IMG/VR virus record: IMGVR_UViG_3300045988_126262
Strand: one strand, 5' to 3'
Origin: a virus
DNA length: 64,000 nucleotides
Shown: in pieces, positions 1 to 8,351 of the stretch
Layout: each line of letters starts with the position of its first letter
Position numbering within the stretch: the first letter of the stretch is position 1
Notes under the pieces: model-generated
What the model was told of the DNA's origin: nothing
Database searches by the model: none
The model's input: only the letters and a program-made list of their open reading frames with translations
Position numbers and translations under genes: made by a program

Positions 1-40
1 GCGTAACACTGTATTATACAAAATGTTACGCTTTTCATTT
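1..40 (+). terminator. Putative intrinsic terminator of the flanking gene at the left window edge
   Basis: Perfect 8-bp stem GCGTAACA (1-8) / TGTTACGC (24-31) followed by TTTTCATTT; may be truncated by the window edge. Confidence 0.4.
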
Positions 41-191
41 GCGGAAAGAGAGGGAGTTGAACGTAAAAGGCGTTTTAACATTCATTTTGCTTTATATCCC
101 GATAAATACGGGATTTTGGAGGTTATATTTAGGTTCGTTGTATATTTAATAATGTGATTTAACACATATTTTGAGTTTAATTTGTGCTTCA

Positions 192-222
192 TTTGTGCAA
201 ATAATTACTTACTTTGCACAAA
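192..222 (+). promoter_or_regulatory. 10-bp inverted repeat bracketing the presumed int promoter
   Basis: TTTGTGCAAA (192-201) and TTTGCACAAA (213-222) are exact reverse complements; right arm overlaps a TTACTTTG -7-like box about 20 nt upstream of the int ATG. Confidence 0.3.
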
Positions 223-240
223 ACAAAATGCAATGGAATT

Positions 241-1536
241 ATGGCAACCGTTAAAGCATACGTTCGTTCCAGCAAAAAAAATAACATAGTAAATGTACGT
301 TTCCGACTATCTACTCCGGGGGCAAAATTATTATATTATGTAAGCGATTTACAGATAAACGTAGATCTTTTCGACAACAAGAGAGAAGAAATAAAATCGA
401 GGGCATTGTACCCGGATAAAGAGAGACGAATTTTCAACGAAAAAGTGAGTGAATTAAAGTCTCTTATACTTCGGACATGGGAGGAAAGAGGAGACGACTA
501 CCAGCCAACGAGCGAATGGTTGCGTGATGCCATGCAGCGTAGAGTGAATGGTGAAACACCTGTTAATGATGATTTCTTCGATATATTTGAAAAATTCCTA
601 ACCTATAAACAATACGATGAGAAGCGAGAGGAACATTATGATGTTTTAAAGCGGATAATGATCCGGTATGAAAATTACGAAATTTTTAATGGAGGAAAAT
701 TCAGGTGGAGCCTCGAAATATCAGCATTTGATTTGTCTAATTTCGAAGATTATCTAAAAAACGAGTATAGATTAGCTGAATTATACCCGTCGTTATATGA
801 GGGTGTCAAGAAGTTATCGCCGAGAGGTAGAAATACTATTGCTAACATGATGACGAAGTTAAGGGTGTTCTATATTTGGGCTGTGAGAATGGGGGAGACA
901 ACGACCAACCCTTTTGCAAATTATTCCATAAAAGAGCAAATATATGGGAGGCCTTATTTCCTTACCTTAGAAGAACGGGACAGGGTGTACAATTTGCCCA
1001 TGCCGAACAATCCTTTTCTTGCTATACAGCGTGATATATTTGTCTTTCAATGTATGATTGGTTGTAGAGTAAGCGATTTATACAGGTTAACTCGTGAAAA
1101 CATCAATGACGGGGCTATTGAATATGTTCCGACAAAAACGAAAGGGGATAATCAGGAATATGCTCGTGTACCTTTGACGAAAAAAGCGATTGAAATATTG
1201 GAAAAGTACAAGGAATATGGAGGACGTACCCTTTTTCCCTTTATCTCTGAGCAAAAATACAATGATTCCATCAAGAAGATTTTAAGAATGGCGGGTATCG
1301 ACAGAAAAGTCACCGTCATAAATCCGGTAACGCAGAAAGAGGAGCAAAAGCCTATATATGAGATTGCCAGCTCGCACCTCGCACGTCGTACATTTATCGG
1401 GAATATTTATAAAAAAGTAAAAGACCCGAATATTATCGGGTCTATGAGCGGTCATGTAGAGGGCAGCAAGGCATTTGCCCGTTATCGTGACATAGACGAT
1501 GAAATCAAATTAGATGTGTTGAAAGAGATAGAGTGA
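241..1536 (+). CDS. int: Tyrosine recombinase / phage integrase
   Basis: Track ORF 214-1536 starts on TTG; first in-frame ATG is 241 (MATVKAYVR). C-terminal motifs GCRVSDLYRL, SSHLARRTF and GHVEGS..FARY fit the R..HxxR..Y catalytic signature. Sits at the element edge next to the repressor. Confidence 0.85.
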   Translation: MATVKAYVRSSKKNNIVNVRFRLSTPGAKLLYYVSDLQINVDLFDNKREEIKSRALYPDKERRIFNEKVSELKSLILRTWEERGDDYQPTSEWLRDAMQRRVNGETPVNDDFFDIFEKFLTYKQYDEKREEHYDVLKRIMIRYENYEIFNGGKFRWSLEISAFDLSNFEDYLKNEYRLAELYPSLYEGVKKLSPRGRNTIANMMTKLRVFYIWAVRMGETTTNPFANYSIKEQIYGRPYFLTLEERDRVYNLPMPNNPFLAIQRDIFVFQCMIGCRVSDLYRLTRENINDGAIEYVPTKTKGDNQEYARVPLTKKAIEILEKYKEYGGRTLFPFISEQKYNDSIKKILRMAGIDRKVTVINPVTQKEEQKPIYEIASSHLARRTFIGNIYKKVKDPNIIGSMSGHVEGSKAFARYRDIDDEIKLDVLKEIE

Positions 1537-1747
1537 TAATCTTTCTAATTTTTTTTGTTAAGATCGCATTTATCTATATCATCTGAGGAAATGCCCCCTT
1601 TCTTATATAATGATAGTATTAGCCCTTTATTCTAAGATATTCACATATGTGTGATATATATGTTTCACATTGAGAAATGAAATCTTCATCTTTCACGTAT
1701 TTTTGAATTTCTTCTATAACATCTTCAAAAGACAAGTTTTAGAATAT

Positions 1748-2002
1748 TTATTCAAACATAGACCCCTCTCCGAATATTATCCATTCCAATGAAACCCCAT
1801 AATCATAAACAAGATAATATATCCATTCGGGCTTCAAAACACTACGGTCTGGATTTTTTCTCACATTTGCTATATTGGTACGAGTTATATTGTGCTTCCT
1901 CGTGAATGTTTTAAGCCCACGAATGCGTTTCTGTGCTTTGAGCATATCAATAGCTTCAAAGAAACGTTTAGTTATAGCGATTCCTTCTTTAGAAATTTTC
2001 AT
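1748..2002 (-). CDS. Small HTH DNA-binding protein (phage CI-repressor-type HTH-like)
   Basis: 84-aa ORF with ATG start; C-terminal EWIIFGEGSMFE resembles the WLLTGEG ending of phage CI-type HTH domains; lies downstream of the cI-like gene on the same strand. Confidence 0.5.
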   Translation of the reverse strand: MKISKEGIAITKRFFEAIDMLKAQKRIRGLKTFTRKHNITRTNIANVRKNPDRSVLKPEWIYYLVYDYGVSLEWIIFGEGSMFE

Positions 2003-2050
2003 GACTCAAATTTTAGTCTTTGAAATTCATAGATGATTACATATTTGTTT

Positions 2051-2767
2051 TTATAATCGCTTCATACATCCGAGCACATGGAATACATGTCTTATCATAT
2101 TTTTCGGTAGTTCTTGTATTCCGTATTCAGGAGATCTGTTTGTTGGGATTAAAGAATAACTATCTGGATTGGATGCAGGACCTATCCTTTTTATAGTTCT
2201 CATGTTGTTGGTTGTGATAATAGCATAAACCTCACCATAAGGTAGAAAAGAAGCATCCTCTATTTCCTTTAGAGCTATTATATCGCCATGTGTTATTTCA
2301 GGCTCCATTGAATGTCCAGTGACATTGCACCAACATGTAGCTTCGTTGTACTTCTGAAAGTTAATGAGGTATTCGGGCGTGGTAGTCTGATCGTTCAGAA
2401 CGATGTCGAATCCGCCGATGAAATCGACATTGTAATAAGGCACACCTTGTGTGTAGCTTTTTTGTGGAGTTGGTGCATTCCATTCTGATTCATGAACCAT
2501 GCCTATGTTGCTACTGAGGGTGTATTGCTTGCTTTTTTGTTTTTCTTCCTCCTTAATCATCGGGACATCCGCTCCTGATAGCCACCCTGTAGTAAGGTTA
2601 AATTTTTCCTCCAGTATCTTTTTATACGAATCCTTAAAGGATGTCACTCCGTTCTCCATTCTTGAATACGTGTTTTGACCGACTTCAAGAATGGCAGCCA
2701 TTTGTCGCTGTGTGAGATTCTTGTGAGTCCTCAGCAACTTCAGTCTCAAAACAGGATTAGTATCCAT
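2051..2767 (-). CDS. cI/LexA-like repressor (XRE HTH + S24 peptidase domain)
   Basis: N-terminal HTH (LTQRQMAAILEVGQNTYSRMENG). C-terminal S24 signature GHSMEPEI..GDII plus a downstream Lys (TIKRI). Track start 2776 is TTG; first ATG gives MDTNPVL at 2767. Confidence 0.85.
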   Translation of the reverse strand: MDTNPVLRLKLLRTHKNLTQRQMAAILEVGQNTYSRMENGVTSFKDSYKKILEEKFNLTTGWLSGADVPMIKEEEKQKSKQYTLSSNIGMVHESEWNAPTPQKSYTQGVPYYNVDFIGGFDIVLNDQTTTPEYLINFQKYNEATCWCNVTGHSMEPEITHGDIIALKEIEDASFLPYGEVYAIITTNNMRTIKRIGPASNPDSYSLIPTNRSPEYGIQELPKNMIRHVFHVLGCMKRL

Positions 2768-2780
2768 AAAAATCAATTTA

Positions 2781-2844
2781 TTATCCTTTTTAAGGATATT
2801 TAATGAATAAAATATCCATTTTATCCAAATAAAGGATATATTTG
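2781..2844. promoter_or_regulatory. Immunity operators O1/O2 and rightward early promoter
   Basis: TTATCC-N7-GGATAT occurs twice (2781-2799 and 2821-2839). O2 overlaps a perfect TAnnTTTG box, TATATTTG (2837-2844), 34 nt upstream of the Cro-like ATG. Confidence 0.6.
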
Positions 2845-2877
2845 CACTACAATAATAATCTTAACGAAGCAAAGATA

Positions 2878-3129
2878 ATGAAAGCCGTAGTAAAATCAAA
2901 CATTCTGCCCGATAATGGGATAAAAATGACCTTGAAGGACTATTACGAATCTCTTCCCAAAACCACCAGCCCCAAGACCGAGTTTTTGAAGAGGGTTGTG
3001 GACGAGTGCGGAGTATCGTTCGGCACTGCGATAAACTGGGCAAAACGTGGTATGCACCCAGCGGACGAGAAGCACCTTCCCACGCTGTCGAAACTGACCG
3101 GAATCCCCGAAGAAGAACTGTTCGATTAA
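2878..3129 (+). CDS. Cro-like small DNA-binding protein (early, divergent from repressor)
   Basis: Track ORF begins on TTG at 2842; first ATG is 2878 (MKAVVKS). Called mainly on its position divergent from cI; HTH-like segment ECGVSFGTAINWAKRG. Confidence 0.55.
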   Translation: MKAVVKSNILPDNGIKMTLKDYYESLPKTTSPKTEFLKRVVDECGVSFGTAINWAKRGMHPADEKHLPTLSKLTGIPEEELFD

Positions 3130-3142
3130 GAGTCATAAAGCG

Positions 3143-3697
3143 ATGGAAGACATGGAATTTTACATGGCGGACGGTGAGTTGCTCTGTCAATATCCAGACG
3201 GTAGCGTGAAGCCAGTTACTGATAGCGACACAGACTTCATCCGAGAGATGGTAGCCACTATAAGGGAGTGGTATCCGGGAGCATACAATGCCCTATCGGA
3301 ATGTTACAGCAGAAGTGTGAACAATGTTCCTTACTTCCATTACCTGATGGTGCGGCGTTTCTTGAAGTGCAACTTCGGTAACCTTGACCACACGGCGTTG
3401 GACATACAACGGACGGGTAAGTTCAACTTCGAGAAGGTGCATTGCCCGTTGAGGGGCGAGTGCCGCTACGAGGGTGAAATATGCGGAGCAAAGTTCAACA
3501 GCCGCCTATCCGCAGCGGAGGTTAGGGTAATGCGCTTGGTGTACGATGGAATCAGCAACGACGAGATAGCAGAACGACTGTATATCTCCCCTCACACGGT
3601 AAAAAATCACATAAAGTCTGTATATCTGAAACTTGGGATTCACGAGAAATCCGAATTTATCCAGTATGCACACAATAACAACCTTTTTAATGATTAA
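3143..3697 (+). CDS. LuxR/GerE-type HTH transcriptional regulator
   Basis: C-terminus LSAAEVRVMRLVYDGISNDEIAERLYISPHTVKNHIKSVYLKLG matches the GerE/LuxR HTH pattern; N-terminal 120 aa Cys-rich and unassigned. Confidence 0.75.
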   Translation: MEDMEFYMADGELLCQYPDGSVKPVTDSDTDFIREMVATIREWYPGAYNALSECYSRSVNNVPYFHYLMVRRFLKCNFGNLDHTALDIQRTGKFNFEKVHCPLRGECRYEGEICGAKFNSRLSAAEVRVMRLVYDGISNDEIAERLYISPHTVKNHIKSVYLKLGIHEKSEFIQYAHNNNLFND

Positions 3698-3699
3698 CT

Positions 3700-3906
3700 A
3701 TGTTAAATGAATCCATTTTAAAGATTGTACTAAACGACAAAACATTTAGTCAACGAGAAGCTGAAAAAATAGTAGGAAGCCGAAACCGACTATTTGAACT
3801 AGTTGGGAATGGGTCTATCCGTGCAGAGAAGAAACCGTCAGATAGACAAAACGGAAGATGTTATTGTAATGCTTACGATGTAATCAAATTCGCCTGTATA
3901 AAATAA
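3700..3906 (+). CDS. Hypothetical protein (68 aa)
   Basis: ATG ORF starting 3 nt after the upstream stop; no recognisable motif. Confidence 0.5.
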   Translation: MLNESILKIVLNDKTFSQREAEKIVGSRNRLFELVGNGSIRAEKKPSDRQNGRCYCNAYDVIKFACIK

Positions 3907-3920
3907 GCCCCCTTAATAAC

Positions 3921-4523
3921 ATGAACACAACCTGTATTATCCCACGGTCAACAATCGAGAAACGATACGACAAGGCAAGGGAAGATTTCAACGACCAATA
4001 CGACAACTCCCCTTACAAATTGAAATGTAAGGAATTTTATCTAGGAGGCGGGGTAGAAAACTACGAGGTCGCCAGCCAGATACTATTGATGAACGATGAA
4101 GAAATAGCCAAATCCTACCTCGAAGATTGTGACCCGAAAGACTGGCAGAGCATTCGTCGATACCGGGAAGACCTCATGTGCGATACCACGGACGTATACA
4201 AAACGGCTATTGATATGGTAAAAGCCGATATTCAGAAACTAAAAAACATACAGGACGAGGTAGAAAATTTTCTTGACGACCATATAGGAGAAAACATGGA
4301 CGGTCACTATCTCGACGGAGATATAAACTATGAAGTAGATTTAATCGACAAAAACGTCGATGTCAGCATTCATTACGACGCATACAATCACAAGGAATGG
4401 GACAACGGCGACTATTTAACGCCATCTTCTGGTAGTGGCTACATCGATACGGAATACACGGTAACCGTATTCGACGAATGCGGGAATGAAGAATTTGAGT
4501 TTAACGGTAATTTCCAAATATAA
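3921..4523 (+). CDS. Hypothetical acidic protein (200 aa)
   Basis: ATG ORF in a co-directional array; no motif recognised. Confidence 0.6.
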   Translation: MNTTCIIPRSTIEKRYDKAREDFNDQYDNSPYKLKCKEFYLGGGVENYEVASQILLMNDEEIAKSYLEDCDPKDWQSIRRYREDLMCDTTDVYKTAIDMVKADIQKLKNIQDEVENFLDDHIGENMDGHYLDGDINYEVDLIDKNVDVSIHYDAYNHKEWDNGDYLTPSSGSGYIDTEYTVTVFDECGNEEFEFNGNFQI

Positions 4524-4528
4524 CAGTC

Positions 4529-4705
4529 ATGATATTCTACAAGTTATTTACCCTGCTCGCCATACTGCTTATGCTTTCCTCGATATTCGGGGTAGTCGCT
4601 TCGCTCATCAATGCCAACCTTTGGCAACTGGTAATAAGTATATCCCTGTTAGCGCTGTCATCGATGGCTCTTGCCGGGCAACAACAAACCGATAAGAAAC
4701 TATAA
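4529..4705 (+). CDS. Small membrane protein (58 aa, two predicted TM helices)
   Basis: Own translation: MIFYKLFTLLAILLMLSSIFGVVASLINANLWQLVISISLLALSSMALAGQQQTDKKL. Below the 60-aa track cut-off; preferred over the overlapping track ORF 4486-4695. Confidence 0.5.
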   Translation: MIFYKLFTLLAILLMLSSIFGVVASLINANLWQLVISISLLALSSMALAGQQQTDKKL

Positions 4706-4744
4706 CAAAATCACTAACACAATGGAAAAACGATTAAAAGATTA

Positions 4745-5029
4745 ATGGATATGGGAATAGAAGATACAATTATCAAGGTAGTGAGAGATGAAAACAATAT
4801 ACTGCTCGGAAAATTGGAAGATGTAATTAACCATGCAATATCCGGTATAAAGAAAGGCTATGGAGATGTGTTCTTGCCTGATTATGTACCGGTTAGAAAG
4901 GCAACAGAATTATTAGGGTGTTCTCATAGAGAATTGTTGAAGCGTTTGAATGCAATTAACGCCAAGCCTGAAAAAGTCGGCACACGTAACTGTATTACCA
5001 GAGATGAACTTTTAAAAATCATGAATTAA
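4745..5029 (+). CDS. Hypothetical protein, possible excisionase/MerR-like HTH
   Basis: 94 aa; segment VRKATELLGCSHRELLKRL looks HTH-like; weak. Confidence 0.5.
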   Translation: MDMGIEDTIIKVVRDENNILLGKLEDVINHAISGIKKGYGDVFLPDYVPVRKATELLGCSHRELLKRLNAINAKPEKVGTRNCITRDELLKIMN

Positions 5030-5065
5030 ATAAGTAGCTATAATTCCATATAAATCAAGCATATT

Positions 5066-5093
5066 CACCGCCCGTCCGGGAGGATATGCGGTG
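5066..5093 (+). other. Hairpin with 16-nt loop containing GTCCGGGAGGAT, upstream of recT
   Basis: Stem CACCGC (5066-5071) / GCGGTG (5088-5093). The loop 12-mer recurs in a second hairpin at 26429-26458. Confidence 0.4.
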
Positions 5094-5130
5094 TATAAAA
5101 AGAAACATAACCCTTTAAAATAAAACAACA

Positions 5131-5961
5131 ATGGCAACAACGACATTACCACAATTAAAGAGCCTGTTGAACGGTGATTCGGTCAAGACAAGATTTAACG
5201 AGATATTGGGGAAGAAAGCCCCCGGATTTATCTCCTCGGTCATTTCAGCCGTCAACGGGAACACCATGCTCCAAACGGCCGAGCCCCAAAGCATACTCAA
5301 CTCGGCGGTCATAGCCGCCACGCTCGACCTGCCTATCAATAGCAACTTGGGTCTATCGGCCATCGTTCCCTATTACGACTCCAAGCTGAGGACGACAGTA
5401 GCACAATTCCAGCTCATGTACAAGGGGCTGATAGAGCTATGCCTGCGAAGCGGACAATTCTCCTCTCTCATAGACGAGGTGGTCTATGAGGGTCAGCTTG
5501 TCAAGAAGAATAAATTCACGGGCGAATACATCTTCGACGAGGATTCAAAGACCTCCGACAAGGTCATCGGCTATATGGCCTATTTCCGGCTTGTGAACGG
5601 GTTCGAGAAAACACACTACATGACAGTAGGGGAAGTCGAGGCACATGCCAAGAAGTATTCCCAATCCTACAAGAAAGGGTTCGGAGTATGGAAAGACGAC
5701 TTCGACACGATGGCACGAAAAACGGTTTTAAAACTTCTGCTCGCCAAATATGCCCCCAAATCGATAGAAATGCAACGGGCTATCACTTTCGACCAAGCCA
5801 CGATAAAGGGAGATTTGACACAGCAAGACACCAGTGTGGACGAAGTGGAAATCGAATATGTCGACAACGATACGGCGACCGACCGTCTGAGGGAGATGGC
5901 CGTCGAAGCAGTCGAGCAACCGGAATCTGAAAATGTCAATGGACAAGGACTGTTTGAGTGA
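5131..5961 (+). CDS. recT: RecT-family single-strand annealing recombinase
   Basis: N-terminal pattern ..LKSLLNGDSVKTRFNEILGKKAPGFISS.. and YKGLIELCLRSGQF are typical of RecT; followed by a YqaJ exonuclease. Confidence 0.8.
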   Translation: MATTTLPQLKSLLNGDSVKTRFNEILGKKAPGFISSVISAVNGNTMLQTAEPQSILNSAVIAATLDLPINSNLGLSAIVPYYDSKLRTTVAQFQLMYKGLIELCLRSGQFSSLIDEVVYEGQLVKKNKFTGEYIFDEDSKTSDKVIGYMAYFRLVNGFEKTHYMTVGEVEAHAKKYSQSYKKGFGVWKDDFDTMARKTVLKLLLAKYAPKSIEMQRAITFDQATIKGDLTQQDTSVDEVEIEYVDNDTATDRLREMAVEAVEQPESENVNGQGLFE

Positions 5962-6632
5962 TGGAAGCGCAAAGGACTCTTGAATGGTACAGGAAACGCC
6001 TCGGCTGTTTCACGGGCAGCCGCATAGGCGACCTGATGAAAGCGAACCGAAGCGGCAACGGGTTCGGGGAATGCGCCATGAGCTACATCTACCAAGTGGC
6101 CGGAGAGCGCATGCTCAACCCCCTGCTGTTCGAGGACGACGAGGTTTTCGAAAGTTACCTCTATCAAACCGACATATCCTCGAAACAGATGCGATGGGGA
6201 GCAGAGCAGGAACCCGATGCCCGGCGCATATACGAACTTAAAACAGGTCGCCGTGTCGTCGAGGTAGGACTATGCAAACACCCCACCATCGCCCATTTCG
6301 CAGCCAGCCCCGACGGATATTATTACGATGAGAATAAGCGGGAGAAAGGGGTAATCGAGATAAAAAGCGTGGGAACGGCCACATACGCCAAATACTTCCA
6401 CAAGATAAAGGACAACGATACCCTCCTGTCCACGGAGCCTAAGTACTATTACCAAATCATGTCCGAACTCATGTGCGTTGAAGCCGATTGGTGCGATTTC
6501 ATCGTATATAACCCGTTCGAGAAGCCCTCCATGTTTATCAGAAGGATATATCCAGATGATAACACCTTCAAGAAGATAGCCGAAAGGATATACGAAGCCG
6601 ATGAATTAGTCAATGAAATAATCAATTCATGA
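5961..6632 (+). CDS. YqaJ-like (lambda Exo-type) recombination exonuclease
   Basis: RTLEWYRKRLGCFTGSRIGDLMK (YqaJ N-terminal pattern) and PD-(D/E)xK-like VIEIKSV. Track start 5958 is GTG; the ATG at 5961 overlaps the recT stop (TGATG). Confidence 0.8.
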   Translation: MEAQRTLEWYRKRLGCFTGSRIGDLMKANRSGNGFGECAMSYIYQVAGERMLNPLLFEDDEVFESYLYQTDISSKQMRWGAEQEPDARRIYELKTGRRVVEVGLCKHPTIAHFAASPDGYYYDENKREKGVIEIKSVGTATYAKYFHKIKDNDTLLSTEPKYYYQIMSELMCVEADWCDFIVYNPFEKPSMFIRRIYPDDNTFKKIAERIYEADELVNEIINS

Positions 6633-6781
6633 AAGACTATGAAATACAGTCAATCGTCAGCCTGCTGGAAAGAGCGGCAAAAGCGTTGGAAAAGTCAGAC
6701 GACTACCGGCATAAAGAGCTGGCAAGATTGATGAGAAATAAAGTCAGACAATTAAATAAGAAATACAATGGACAAAAATGA
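6629..6781 (+). CDS. Small hypothetical protein (50 aa)
   Basis: Own translation MKDYEIQSIVSLLERAAKALEKSDDYRHKELARLMRNKVRQLNKKYNGQK; ATGA overlap with the exonuclease stop; below the track cut-off. Confidence 0.4.
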   Translation: MKDYEIQSIVSLLERAAKALEKSDDYRHKELARLMRNKVRQLNKKYNGQK

Positions 6782-7166
6782 GATCTTAAATAGCGACTGT
6801 GATGTCCGCAAGAATGCGGCAGGGAATCCCAACATTCCCGCCGATGTACTCACAGAACTGGCAAAGGACAGCGACTGTATTGTCCGCCGTTATGCGGCAG
6901 GGAACCCCAACATGCCCGATTACGAAGCGGAAGAACTTCAATTTACGGTAAAAGATACCTATGTGTCAGTACAAGGTACTACTCATATCTGGTATAAACA
7001 CAACTATCCCAATGTTGCTCCATTTTATACATGTGGCTGTTTTTGTGGCTCACGAGAGCAATTGTTAATGAGAATTTACACTACTGATAATCAAGGTAGA
7101 GCGGCTGAGCGAATGAGAATATTGAATGCCCTCGACGAGAAGTTCAAAGAAGTTTTTAACCGATAA
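6768..7166 (+). CDS. Hypothetical protein with leucine-rich-repeat-variant (LRV)-like N-terminal repeats
   Basis: Tandem VRKNAAGNPNIPADVLTELAKDSDCIVRRYAAGNPNMP repeat pattern. Confidence 0.6.
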   Translation: MDKNEILNSDCDVRKNAAGNPNIPADVLTELAKDSDCIVRRYAAGNPNMPDYEAEELQFTVKDTYVSVQGTTHIWYKHNYPNVAPFYTCGCFCGSREQLLMRIYTTDNQGRAAERMRILNALDEKFKEVFNR

Positions 7167-7177
7167 GAATAAAAGCG

Positions 7178-7720
7178 ATGAAGACTAGACATAATTTCAA
7201 CAAAGACCTAAGAATGGACTTGGCATGCAGTAGAAACGACTATTTCAGACCTGTATTTTCATATATCCATTTTAAAGATGGTTACGCTTATGCATGCGAT
7301 ACACATATCTTGGTAAAAAACAAGTTATCCGAATGTTCCACATTCACCGATGAAGAAATAGAAAAGCTCGATGGTAAGTTTATAGGCTCAAAAGCCTACA
7401 AGTCTATCCTCTCTTACGATATGGTACAAGTTACGGACATGGGGTTTGAATGTATATTGTGTGACAATCAAAAAGTTATATACCCATTCTCCGAAGTCTA
7501 TAAATACCCTGAAATGGAGAATGTAATTTCAGAACATCTAAAAGAGAGCACAGAAGGAATCACAAAGTTACGGATAGATCCTTCGTTCCTCTCCAAGATT
7601 GGAAAAGCTCTATTCAATTTTGATGACGCATATATGCAGCTTTCGGAAGGCAATAAATCTTTGCTCGTTAAAAGCGACGACAGCGATAGTATCGGAATCA
7701 TTATGCTAAAATTAATATAG
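7178..7720 (+). CDS. Hypothetical protein with weak sliding-clamp (DnaN domain)-like motif
   Basis: RPVFSYIHFKDGYAYACDTHILV resembles the DnaN pattern YLNGxxF..G..L..ATDGHRL; the function call is weak. Confidence 0.55.
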   Translation: MKTRHNFNKDLRMDLACSRNDYFRPVFSYIHFKDGYAYACDTHILVKNKLSECSTFTDEEIEKLDGKFIGSKAYKSILSYDMVQVTDMGFECILCDNQKVIYPFSEVYKYPEMENVISEHLKESTEGITKLRIDPSFLSKIGKALFNFDDAYMQLSEGNKSLLVKSDDSDSIGIIMLKLI

Positions 7721-7737
7721 ATTAAATACGAATCATT

Positions 7738-8136
7738 ATGTTTTACGAAATTAAACTGAAAGTCGATAAAGAGAACGGCAAAGGAGAGAAGAAAGAAGTC
7801 GTCGAACACTTCATCACCGATGTAGAACTGTTCGCCGAGGCCGAGGCAAAAGGATTAGAGCAGTACAACGGAGATTGCGATGTATTCTCTATCACCCGCT
7901 CGAAAGTCATCGAGATAGTCAACGAAAAGGAAGAAGGCAAGCCCTTCTACAAAGCCACGTTGATAGACATATTCATCGATGACAACGGCAATGAAAAGGA
8001 AACGAAGTACTACAACCTCGTTTGCGCCAAAGACATCACCGAAGCCAACCGCCTCATGCAAGAACACATGAGACAAGGCCTTAAAGACATGAGGTTGGAC
8101 GGAATTGTGAAAACCAAAATCATAGACCTGATATAG
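7738..8136 (+). CDS. Hypothetical protein (132 aa)
   Basis: ATG ORF, Lys/Glu-rich; resembles small conserved Bacteroidota phage proteins from memory only. Confidence 0.6.
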   Translation: MFYEIKLKVDKENGKGEKKEVVEHFITDVELFAEAEAKGLEQYNGDCDVFSITRSKVIEIVNEKEEGKPFYKATLIDIFIDDNGNEKETKYYNLVCAKDITEANRLMQEHMRQGLKDMRLDGIVKTKIIDLI

Positions 8137-8243
8137 GAGAATAATGTGAGACATTCCCCGCAAGCCGATCCGGGTACGTGGTCGATCACCATACGGAGAA
8201 AGGAACTGCGGGGAGAAATTAGCCATAAGTGTTTTAGGTGGTA

Positions 8244-8328
8244 TCGGCAGTGGTTCAAACGGGAGAGCGGTATAAGTCGAGTATAAGGAGCGAATATACA
8301 GTTGCGGGTTCGAGTCCCGCCTGCCGAA
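8244..8328 (+). ncRNA. tRNA-like element (85 nt) with a non-canonical anticodon region
   Basis: 7-bp acceptor stem TCGGCAG/CTGCCGA, D-arm GTTC-AAACGGGA-GAGC, T-arm GCGGG-TTCGAGT-CCCGC. The central 35 nt hold a direct repeat GTATAAG-TCGA-GTATAAG and give no 7-nt loop with U33. Confidence 0.45.
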
Positions 8329-8351
8329 CAAAAAGAGAAAGATACAATATA

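Noticed and set aside
40-190. attL core next to the integrase
   Set aside because: The matching attR lies outside the window, so no direct repeat can be identified. The hairpin ATCCCG/CGGGAT (96-114) alone is not evidence for an att site.
1600-1745. Minus-strand 38-codon reading frame (..LSFEDVIEEIQKYVKDEDFISQCETYISHICEYLRIKG*) between int and the 84-aa HTH gene
   Set aside because: It looks protein-like, but it has no ATG (only TTG just after an in-frame stop) and is very short. It may be a gene remnant or a tiny gene, and I cannot support a call either way.
4486-4695. 69-aa track ORF overlapping the end of 3921-4523
   Set aside because: It overlaps the upstream gene and has an implausible composition. 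A different frame (4529-4705) gives a clean two-TM 58-aa protein starting just after the upstream stop.
5667-6167. Long antisense or alternate-frame ORFs in the track inside GC-richer genes (e.g. 5667-6167, 7855-8613, 8010-8594, 43849-44412, 54313-54789, 56138-56677, 59193-59801, 57516-57908)
   Set aside because: They lie fully inside sense-strand genes that have recognisable motifs or clear synteny. Their products are low-complexity or Cys/Arg/Ser-rich, and they cluster exactly where GC is higher. This is typical of shadow ORFs.
8238-8351. N-terminal extension of the RuvC-like ORF (GTG start at 8238)
   Set aside because: The extension is a translation of the tRNA-like element. The RuvC-type IGIDP motif begins shortly after the first ATG (8352).
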